Shown piece by piece: positions 56,804 through 64,000 of a DNA stretch of 64,000 bases. Each line of letters begins with the position of its first letter. The stretch's first letter is position 1. The notes beneath the pieces are model-generated. The model did no database searches and was not told the DNA's origin. It saw only the letters and a list, made by a program, of their open reading frames with translations. The translations under genes were made by a program, and so were the position numbers. The DNA comes from Candidatus Hodarchaeota archaeon (GTDB taxonomy: Archaea > Asgardarchaeota > Heimdallarchaeia > Hodarchaeales > Hodarchaeaceae), in the NCBI GenBank assembly GCA_016840035.1, contig JAEOTC010000077.1, forward strand, positions 20,053 to 84,052, written 5' to 3'.

Positions 56804-58930
56804 ATGACATCGAAAAAATGTCCTCGCTGTAAAGGAAGTGGAAAGATAGCAACAAAAACAAAGAAAAAATGCCCAAAATGTCGTGGATTAGGATCTACAA
56901 AATTGCAAATAGGAGGAGGAGCTCCTAAAGGCAAAGACATTTGCTCAAAGTGTAAAGGTTCTGGTAAAATCGAATTTACTAAAGAAAAAGCTTGTCCTAC
57001 CTGCTCAGGAGAAGGGATTCTTGAAATTAAATGTCCAATATGTGGAAATTCATTGAAAAATAAAGAGAAGGAGATCTGCAACTCATGCAGGGATAAAACC
57101 TCAATCCACCAATTAACCCCTCCTGTTACAAAACAAACAGTTGAGTTTAACAAGCTTTATAGCAGTAATGTTGTTACGATCGTGGATTTTGGTTATTTCG
57201 TACAATTAGCTCCAAAAATTGAAGGATTAATTAGAAATAAACAATTTTCAGGAAAGAAGGATGATCAAGTAATTGTTAAACTTCTTAATAAAAAGGGAGA
57301 TAAGTTTGAATTTGAAGAAGTGAAAATTCGAAATATTGACCAGTTTCCAATTGTAAGGGTACATGATCCAATTCCATTGGAAAAAATTCATCAGCAACGA
57401 GAGGTTGGAGCTTATATCTCATTTATGGCACGGATTGAGAATATCCGACAAATTCCAAATGGACCAAAGGTATTTTCATTACTTGATGAAACTGGAAAAA
57501 TCGAGGCAGCAGCGTTCCGCTTAGATTTTGTAGATTCGATGTCTGTTGGCGATATTGTTGAAGTAGCAGGTCAATTCAATGTTCATCGTGGAGCAGAACA
57601 GGTTGAAATCTTGAACATGTTTATCGTAGAAGAAGCTTACTCTAATGCATTTACAAAAAAACTTGATAAACACCTAGATTCAATTAGTGAACCGCAGCAA
57701 ACAGATTTTCTCGTGAAATCCAATGTTTTAACTCTCCTTCAACCAAAATTTATTTTAGTTGCAAAAAGGTTACGTCGTGCGTTTTTTGAATCTCAACCCA
57801 TTATTATTCGTCATCATAATGATTGTGATGGTATCTGTGCAGGGATTGCAGTGGAACTAGCTCTACGGCAATTATGGTTGGATACATATCATCAATTAGA
57901 CGAAGATAAACTTAGACACCTGATTAAAAGAACAGTTAATAAACCACCCTTCTATGATCCATTAGATGCGGTTAGAGATGTAAATTTTGCATTAGAGGAC
58001 GAGAATCGTTTTGGAGATAAACTTCCTATCATAATTATGCTTGATACTGGCAGTAGTGAAGAAAGTCTATTTTCCTACAAACTTCTCCAGACTTATAATA
58101 TGGAAGTCTTAGTTGTTGACCACCATTTCCCTTCAGCTTCTGTTCAAGAAGCAGTTAGCATTCATCTCAACAATTATTATGCTGGTGGAGATTACAATAT
58201 CTGTACTGGGATGCTTGGCGTTGAATTAGCTCGGTTTATCAATCCTACGGTTACTGATGACATAATTCACATTCCTGCAATTTCAGGCATCGGTGATAGG
58301 GTGAAAGGTGAGGAATTTGATCAATATTTGGAATTCGCTAAGCAACGTAACTATACTGAGTCTTTTCTCTCCGATATTGCGATTGCAGTCGATTATCAGG
58401 CATATTTCTTAAAATTCTCTCCTGGAAGAATTCTGTTAACTGATCTTCTAGGGATTAAAGGGACTGATGAACGTCAAATAGCCTTTGTAAAACTTCTTGC
58501 AACAGAAGCTCGTGACCTTCTAGAAAAACAACTACATATTTCCTTGGAATACTGCCAAGAAACAGAACTACCTAATGGAATACACTTAGCTATACTAGAT
58601 GTAGAACAATTTGCTAGTCGGTTTGATTATCCTCCTCCAGGTAAAATTACAGGAAGTCTTTTTGACCATCTTGGGGGACAAAAACCAGATACTCCATTAG
58701 TAACGATTGGTTTAGGCCCTGATTTTGCCATCTTTAGGTCGCAACATGTCAAACTCGATTTCCCAAACCTTGTGAGAGCCTTAGCAGATGACTTGCCTCA
58801 TGCAAACATTGAGGGAGGAGGTCATGAAATCGTTGGAAGTTTAAAGTTTATTTCTGGAGCAAAAACTGAATTTATGAACGTGATCCAAGAAAAATTGACA
58901 ATTATCAGTGTCTCTCCTTCGGAGAATTAG
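56804..58930 (+). CDS. RecJ-like DHH/DHHA1 phosphoesterase fused to a DnaJ-type Cys-rich Zn finger, an S1-like domain and an OB fold
   Basis: Six CxxC pairs, of which the first four are CxxCxGxG-like (CPRCKGSG, CPKCRGLG, CSKCKGSG, CPTCSGEG) and the last two are plain (CPICGN, CNSC). S1-like VVTIVDFGYFVQL..IEGLI. OB-fold-like YISFMARIENIR...GDIVEVAG. DHH motifs HHNDCDG and VVDHH, and DHHA1 EGGGHE. The track ORF starts at 56678, but the ATG at 56804 has a ggaga RBS-like element and removes an implausible leader. Confidence 0.75.
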   Translation: MTSKKCPRCKGSGKIATKTKKKCPKCRGLGSTKLQIGGGAPKGKDICSKCKGSGKIEFTKEKACPTCSGEGILEIKCPICGNSLKNKEKEICNSCRDKTSIHQLTPPVTKQTVEFNKLYSSNVVTIVDFGYFVQLAPKIEGLIRNKQFSGKKDDQVIVKLLNKKGDKFEFEEVKIRNIDQFPIVRVHDPIPLEKIHQQREVGAYISFMARIENIRQIPNGPKVFSLLDETGKIEAAAFRLDFVDSMSVGDIVEVAGQFNVHRGAEQVEILNMFIVEEAYSNAFTKKLDKHLDSISEPQQTDFLVKSNVLTLLQPKFILVAKRLRRAFFESQPIIIRHHNDCDGICAGIAVELALRQLWLDTYHQLDEDKLRHLIKRTVNKPPFYDPLDAVRDVNFALEDENRFGDKLPIIIMLDTGSSEESLFSYKLLQTYNMEVLVVDHHFPSASVQEAVSIHLNNYYAGGDYNICTGMLGVELARFINPTVTDDIIHIPAISGIGDRVKGEEFDQYLEFAKQRNYTESFLSDIAIAVDYQAYFLKFSPGRILLTDLLGIKGTDERQIAFVKLLATEARDLLEKQLHISLEYCQETELPNGIHLAILDVEQFASRFDYPPPGKITGSLFDHLGGQKPDTPLVTIGLGPDFAIFRSQHVKLDFPNLVRALADDLPHANIEGGGHEIVGSLKFISGAKTEFMNVIQEKLTIISVSPSEN

Positions 58931-58933
58931 TTA

Positions 58934-59137
58934 ATGAGCAGAACATGTTTTTTTTGTGGATTAGATCTTATTAATGGGCCAAAAGAAAAGATAAATTCAT
59001 ATTATTTATTTTCCTGTCCAAATAAATGGCAAGTTTTTGTGTGTGTTGACTGTGTTGGGAAAGAAATTGATTCTCCATGTACAAAGAATGAAATGACTAA
59101 ACTAAAAGTCATTAGAGGCTTTCATAAATACCATTGA
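58934..59137 (+). CDS. small Cys-rich (putative Zn-binding) protein
   Basis: 67 aa with CFFC...C...CVDC...C. It starts 3 nt after the RecJ-like stop, so it is probably co-transcribed. Confidence 0.45.
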   Translation: MSRTCFFCGLDLINGPKEKINSYYLFSCPNKWQVFVCVDCVGKEIDSPCTKNEMTKLKVIRGFHKYH

Positions 59138-59164
59138 GGAAGAAAACCAGAGGAGAATGAGCTA

Positions 59165-59761
59165 TTGGATTATGTCATAAAGGAGTATTTACCTGAGTAT
59201 GAAGAGCAATGGTTAACATGCTTGAAAGAAGCATTCTACACATCATCTTATGTTGACACAATAATCAAACTCAAACCACGATATGAAAATCCTTTATTAG
59301 AACTTATGATGTTAAAAGGAAATAAAGTAGTTGCTTTTCTGGATATTGACGTAGTGCCACCATCAGAACAGTTATGTGGAGAAAATGTGGAAAATTCTGC
59401 CCAAATATCCATTATTGGTGTTCATCCCAAATATAGACGACAAAAACTAGCAACTCGTCTGTTTGAATACGCTTTCTCATATATTGAGAAGAATACCAGC
59501 ATTTCTAGGTTAGAGATTTCTTTTCGTGAAGATGAGGGAATGTTAAACTGGTTACAGGCTCTGAAATTCTCGAGATGTGCCAAATATTATGAAGTTAGTT
59601 TTAGTCAGGATTTCTTTATAAAATACAGAATAGATCTTCCTTTTGGAATAAGTCCCAGTATTCTAACCGGATTTGTAGATCAATCTGGATTTCGACTCTT
59701 ATCAGTAGATCATCCTCCAGAGAAGACATATCCTTTCATAGTAATGGAGAAAATCTTGTAA
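59165..59761 (+). CDS. GNAT N-acetyltransferase
   Basis: Motif A IIGVHPKYRRQKLATRLFEYA. TTG start. Confidence 0.7.
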   Translation: MDYVIKEYLPEYEEQWLTCLKEAFYTSSYVDTIIKLKPRYENPLLELMMLKGNKVVAFLDIDVVPPSEQLCGENVENSAQISIIGVHPKYRRQKLATRLFEYAFSYIEKNTSISRLEISFREDEGMLNWLQALKFSRCAKYYEVSFSQDFFIKYRIDLPFGISPSILTGFVDQSGFRLLSVDHPPEKTYPFIVMEKIL

Positions 59762-59764
59762 ATT

Positions 59765-61105
59765 CTAATCTTTTCTAAAAATAAGACAGTACTGATGGCA
59801 CCGGTTACCTACCCAAGCATTATTTACCCCCAATGCTAATAACCGCTTATCATCTTGCAACCAGATTTTTTCATCTTTAAGAACCCAACCAGTTTTTGAT
59901 AAAGCAATAGCAGTATCGTATGCTAAAGGGAATAGTCTTCCATTGGTAAAAACATTATTTGTAATGACCACTAGATACCCTTTGGGTTTCATGAACTTAT
60001 ATGTTTGCGTAAATATCTTTTTCTGAGTATTTATAAAGAGATCATAATCTTTGATATTCGCAAGATCGAATTCATCCATCTCACTGTACTTTGTATCTAA
60101 TCCTTTATCTTTTCGTTCTTTCTGTCGCATTTCTGTGCGATCTAATTGACTCCAATAAGGAGGAGAAGTAATAATCAAATCTATGCTTGGAAATTCTTTC
60201 TTTGCCCATATCTCTGAAAACTTCAAGCTATCTCCTTGAATAACTTCCCAGTAACTTTTATCGGTTGTAGTATATAATGGGTTATATGGAAGGGTTGGAA
60301 GGTGTGAAAGACGATCTTTACTAATCTCGACATAACGCTCAGATAATTCTACTCCAATTGCGCTCCTATTACATTGTTTAGCAGCAATTAACGTGCTCCC
60401 AGTTCCTAAAAATGGATCTACAACTAATTCTCCTGGTTTAGTAAAAAATGTAATAAATTTTCGTATCAATTTTTCTGGGAATTTTGCTGGATGAAGAATT
60501 TCATGTTTCTTACGAGGCGGAGGCCTTACAACAATCCACGATTTAGTCATACGGAGCCATTCTCGTCCAGTAAGAAGATTCAACTTGTTTTTGTTACTTA
60601 GAATGCCAAAAGGTTGCTTTTTCCTTCCTCTTCTCAACCGAACGATATCTGATCCCTGCCCTTGTTGCTCCTCAGGTCGGAAAATATGATACGTCTTTTC
60701 TTCTGTTTCATTTGCAATGTTGATTAAGTATTCCTCAACCTCTTGATTATATAGGGTTGTTAATTGTGATCTAACTGTTTTTATGACCGAAAGGTAGGTT
60801 GAAAGCGTTTGTTGCACGATAGTATTTTCTTGAACTGCGATAAAGATAATCGGTGTTTCCAGATCTATATGAAAGCACGAAAATTCCTGGTTTTGTACCT
60901 TTAATTCAATTTTGAAACAAAATAGACCATTATCTCTTATAAGATCAAAGAATTTCTTGAATTTCGCACTTTCAGGAAATTTAAGAAGATCAGCAAGAGA
61001 AATTATTTGAATTAGTTTGTGAGGATGGTAAATAAGTTCAAAGTACTCACGTATTTCATGTTCAACTACATGGGAGGTATTAGATGAAGAATTCATTCGT
61101 CTCAA
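59765..61105 (-). CDS. N6-adenine/N4-cytosine DNA methyltransferase with an uncharacterised N-terminal region of about 170-190 aa
   Basis: HPAKFPEKLIRKFI..GELVVDPFLGTGSTLIAA...GVEL (SAM-binding region) is followed by the catalytic ITSPPYW and a C-terminal DEKIW...CHQYCLIFRK block. Confidence 0.85.
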   Translation of the reverse strand: MRRMNSSSNTSHVVEHEIREYFELIYHPHKLIQIISLADLLKFPESAKFKKFFDLIRDNGLFCFKIELKVQNQEFSCFHIDLETPIIFIAVQENTIVQQTLSTYLSVIKTVRSQLTTLYNQEVEEYLINIANETEEKTYHIFRPEEQQGQGSDIVRLRRGRKKQPFGILSNKNKLNLLTGREWLRMTKSWIVVRPPPRKKHEILHPAKFPEKLIRKFITFFTKPGELVVDPFLGTGSTLIAAKQCNRSAIGVELSERYVEISKDRLSHLPTLPYNPLYTTTDKSYWEVIQGDSLKFSEIWAKKEFPSIDLIITSPPYWSQLDRTEMRQKERKDKGLDTKYSEMDEFDLANIKDYDLFINTQKKIFTQTYKFMKPKGYLVVITNNVFTNGRLFPLAYDTAIALSKTGWVLKDEKIWLQDDKRLLALGVNNAWVGNRCHQYCLIFRKD

Positions 61106-61228
61106 TTTCTTCCTTGCTTCTCAGTCAAGTTCTTTCTTTCCACAGAGTTGCACGATAAGAAAGTTAAAAAGGATATTTGGATAGAGTAGATTGAAGATAG
61201 TAAAAAAAGTTAACGGAGTTTAAACAGT

Positions 61229-61606
61229 ATGGCAGATTATTGTGTAAATTGTGGTCAAAGAATGAAACCAGAAGATATATTCTGTAGTAACTGTGGAAGT
61301 GAAGTAGAAAAACGTGATACATCCTATCGCTCTAGTTCGCAACCTAGAACGGACTATACGAATCGAGGAATGACGACTCAACCTAAATTATATCGTTCAC
61401 GAAATAATCGATGGTTAGCAGGAGTTTGTGGAGGTCTTGGAAAACACTTCAATATTGACCCTACTCTCGTACGAATCGGATTTATCCTTGCCACATTAGG
61501 TTATGGAACAGGTATTATACTGTACATTGTATTAGCCATTTTTATTGAGGAAGAACCTATAGACGTAGAATACTCTCCCCCAACGAAAGGGAATCCACCC
61601 TATTAA
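61229..61606 (+). CDS. zinc-ribbon plus PspC-domain membrane protein
   Basis: CVNCGQ...CSNCG zinc ribbon. PspC block NRWLAGVCGGLGKHFNIDPTLVRIGFIL followed by a TM helix. Confidence 0.75.
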   Translation: MADYCVNCGQRMKPEDIFCSNCGSEVEKRDTSYRSSSQPRTDYTNRGMTTQPKLYRSRNNRWLAGVCGGLGKHFNIDPTLVRIGFILATLGYGTGIILYIVLAIFIEEEPIDVEYSPPTKGNPPY

Positions 61607-61708
61607 GTAGTTTCTTTGATTATGTTTGTTAGCTTTCTTGGAGGAAAATGTTTCTCGTATCGACTATTTTAAAATCCAATTCTTTCTTCGCTATGTACGA
61701 TTAAGAAA

Positions 61709-61951
61709 TTGGAAATGTCTACAATGAATTATGATATTGAATTACCAGAAGAATTAGTTGAATATTTCGATTCTGTTTTTACATTGTTTGATTTAGGATT
61801 TTCTGACAAAGAACATATGTTGAAACACGTTTTACTTGAAGGTCTTGAACACAGATTAGAACATATGGCTCAAAACCAGAGTTTCAGCCAACATAAAAAG
61901 TATCATGATCTAATCGATACCGAAAAGGCGAAATGCATCAGTTCTGAATAA
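61709..61951 (+). CDS. small acidic hypothetical protein
   Basis: 80-aa ORF with no motif. The start codon is ambiguous (TTG at 61709 or ATG at 61712). Confidence 0.35.
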   Translation: MEMSTMNYDIELPEELVEYFDSVFTLFDLGFSDKEHMLKHVLLEGLEHRLEHMAQNQSFSQHKKYHDLIDTEKAKCISSE

Positions 61952-62272
61952 TTTACCCTATTTTTGAATACACATTACGAAAAGAAATTCCTCAAGCATG
62001 TACTTACTGGAGGAAACTATTCTTTTTCTTTATATTTTATTTTTAATGTTATCTGCTCTATATCCATACCCTTTATCCGAAGAGAATTTACCATACCATA
62101 AACCGATTGCCCTACAAAGTCTTGTACGAACTGCTTTATTCCAATGGACTGGCCATTTACCTCGAGTTTCACTTGATCTACTTCTTTCATATTCGACACC
62201 AAAAGTAATATAATCATTACTTGAGAGGTAATTTTTAAAATTCTATCCTTCAGTTTCAGTGAGTAATATCCG

Positions 62273-63022
62273 GTGTCAGCTTTGACCTTAATTAATCTTG
62301 AAAATGTTTCCAAAGACTATACAATGGGAGAGGTAGAGGTAAATGCATTATCTGACCTATCTTTGGAGATTGAAAAAGGAAAATTTGTTGTACTAATAGG
62401 ACCGTCGGGAACAGGAAAGAGTACTCTATTAAATCTAATCAGTGCTATTGATACTCCATCCAACGGGAGAATCCTAATTGAAGGTGTGGATATTACTTTT
62501 CTCACACGCAAACAGCGTGCTCAATTTAGAAGACATAAAATAGGCTTCATTTTTCAATTTTTCAATCTCATACCGACATTGACAGCAGTAGAGAATGTTG
62601 AATTTGGTCTTGCACTTGTAGGAGTAACTGATTCATCAGGAAATATTTCATACAGTACAAAGGACATTCATTCAACAGCAATGGATTGGTTAGATAAGGT
62701 AGGATTAGCCCACAGAGCTAGACACTTCCCAAGTCAAATGAGTGGAGGGGAACAGCAAAGAGTGGCGATTGCTAGAGCATTAGCTAAAAATCCTCCAATT
62801 ATAATAGCTGATGAACCAACTGGTAACTTAGATTTTCGTACAGGTATTAAGATTTTAAAATTGATGAAAGAATTAAATAAAGAAACTCAGAAAACGTTTG
62901 TTATTGCTACTCACAATAGTCAGCTTGCCAAAATTGCTGATTTTGTAATCTCTCTACAGATGGGAGGGGTAGAGACGTATGAACAAATCCCTCATGACGA
63001 CCTTGACAATCTCATATGGTAA
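62273..63022 (+). CDS. ABC transporter ATP-binding protein (MacB/LolD/FtsE-like)
   Basis: Walker [11 protein letters not shown]-loop, signature MSGGEQQRV, Walker [13 protein letters not shown]-loop ATHN. GTG start. Confidence 0.9.
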   Translation: MSALTLINLENVSKDYTMGEVEVNALSDLSLEIEKGKFVVLIGPSGTGKSTLLNLISAIDTPSNGRILIEGVDITFLTRKQRAQFRRHKIGFIFQFFNLIPTLTAVENVEFGLALVGVTDSSGNISYSTKDIHSTAMDWLDKVGLAHRARHFPSQMSGGEQQRVAIARALAKNPPIIIADEPTGNLDFRTGIKILKLMKELNKETQKTFVIATHNSQLAKIADFVISLQMGGVETYEQIPHDDLDNLIW

Positions 63023-63043
63023 GATCTGAGAAAGGACAGGATA

Positions 63044-64000
63044 ATGAATTTTCTTAATCGCTACTGGCGTAGAAAGATGATTGGTGACATTAAGCACCAG
63101 AAATTATTATTCTTTTCCATATTTTTCCTTTGTATATTTGGAGTAGGATCATATGTCACTCTCACCATGGGATACACCAATCTATATGTGTCTTTAGACA
63201 AAATATATGAGAAGACAAATTTTGCAGATGTAGAAATCAATTCTCATTCAGATTCTTGGTTCAATATAAGTAAAGTTGACCTCTTTACTAAAAATTATTC
63301 GTTAAATAACCCAGGCTTCAATTTGGTTAATTATCGTCTCTTAACAAAATCGGGTTATAATTCTTCAATGGTAACACAAGAGAATATTCGATATCAATTA
63401 ACTGAGGGTAGAGCTGTTGGAATTAATTGGAGTTTATCCAGTAATGAAAGGATTAATGATTTTATCTTCGAAGAAGGTCCCTCTCAGTTTGACAATAATT
63501 CGATATACTTAGAAGCCCACTATGCCCATTCTTATGATCTCCATGTCAATGATTCTATTCAAACACGAATTCTTGGTCAGAAGTTTAATTTTACAATAAG
63601 AGGAATTGTTTATAATCCAGAATCTTTACTTGTAATTCCTTCACGTCATGATTTTTTACCAACCAATAGATTTGGTATAATTTATTTACCTTTAAAATCC
63701 TTACAACAATATACAAATCTCACAGGCTTTGCAAATAATCTTATAATAGAAATTTCACCTCATTTATCAGATATGGAGAAGGAGTCGTTAATATCTGAAT
63801 TTTATACCCAATTAAATGCGTATACCAACAATTCTTTTGCACCTCCAACCTTTCAACAATATCAAGTATCTAATTGGGCCATAAATATGGACTTGGAAGA
63901 AATTCAAAAGATTGCTATCGTTCTCCCTATTTTAATCCTCGGGGTCGCAAGTATTGCAATATTTATCACCTTAAATCGTCAAGTACAAAGCCAGAGACGA
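63044..64000 (+). CDS. FtsX/MacB-type ABC permease, N-terminal part (3' end outside window)
   Basis: Not in the supplied track because it runs off the window. The ATG at 63044 lies 21 nt after the ATPase stop and the frame is open to base 64000. There is an N-terminal TM helix (LLFFSIFFLCIFGVGSY), then a large extracytoplasmic domain, then the start of a further TM helix (IAIVLPILILGVASIAIFI). Confidence 0.65.
   Translation, partial: MNFLNRYWRRKMIGDIKHQKLLFFSIFFLCIFGVGSYVTLTMGYTNLYVSLDKIYEKTNFADVEINSHSDSWFNISKVDLFTKNYSLNNPGFNLVNYRLLTKSGYNSSMVTQENIRYQLTEGRAVGINWSLSSNERINDFIFEEGPSQFDNNSIYLEAHYAHSYDLHVNDSIQTRILGQKFNFTIRGIVYNPESLLVIPSRHDFLPTNRFGIIYLPLKSLQQYTNLTGFANNLIIEISPHLSDMEKESLISEFYTQLNAYTNNSFAPPTFQQYQVSNWAINMDLEEIQKIAIVLPILILGVASIAIFITLNRQVQSQRR

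Noticed and set aside
61998-62313. Two mutually overlapping ORFs (61998..62213 on the plus strand, 62017..62313 on the minus strand) between the acidic small protein and the ABC ATPase
   Set aside because: Neither has motifs. The minus-strand ORF has the more protein-like translation from an internal Met (MKEVDQVKLEVNGQSIGIKQF..., 62017..62190). The full ORF, however, overlaps the ABC ATPase start. The evidence is insufficient to call either one.
1-64000. Search for CRISPR arrays, rRNA, tRNA, transposases or integrases
   Set aside because: I saw no regularly spaced repeat/spacer array. No GC-rich island in any intergenic region looked like a structural RNA in this AT-rich background. No DDE transposase or tyrosine/serine recombinase-like ORF was recognised. 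Absence was judged by eye only; tRNAscan or Infernal would be decisive.

Overview
The window is a visibly AT-rich, gene-dense stretch of about 57 supportable protein-coding genes. It looks like an archaeal chromosome. Supporting content: a geranylgeranyl-reductase-type flavoprotein, tungsten-type aldehyde:ferredoxin oxidoreductase, an ADP-forming acyl-CoA synthetase alpha domain, an OB-fold/DHH RecJ-like nuclease, an S8 protease with a PGF-CTERM-like tail, and TATA-like A/T boxes plus oligo-T terminators. An Asgard-like or other mesophilic anaerobic archaeon is only a guess. I found no rRNA, tRNA, CRISPR array, transposase or integrase.

Content in order:
- Rad50/SMC-type ATPase fragment, type IA topoisomerase and an orphan EutA-like protein.
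- A minus-strand membrane gene set: a 7-TM protein, a 12-TM His-motif protein and two tandem heme-O-synthase-like prenyltransferases.
- An HxlR regulator, then a Mo-hydroxylase (2Fe-2S plus Mo subunits) divergent from a W-type AOR.
- An aldolase / FGGY kinase / 2-hydroxyacid dehydrogenase module.
- Acyl-CoA dehydrogenase with FdrA / split FdrA tail / YlbE(DUF1116).
- S45 acylase with a heterodimeric ABC exporter.
- UvrA, an orphan histidine kinase and housekeeping-type enzymes.
- An accessory-looking stretch from about 43 to 50 kb: RHH protein, YhhQ-type transporter and two paralogous Zn-ribbon DNA methyltransferases flanking and overlapping a thymidine kinase.
- Tandem metallophosphoesterase divergent from a Zn-finger/S1/OB/DHH nuclease, a third orphan methyltransferase and a MacB-type ABC transporter.

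The leads I rank highest are the MTase-TK-MTase cassette, the His-motif membrane proteins linked to duplicated CtaB-like genes, and the unusual RecJ-like locus. All functional calls come from motif recognition by eye. No database search was run.
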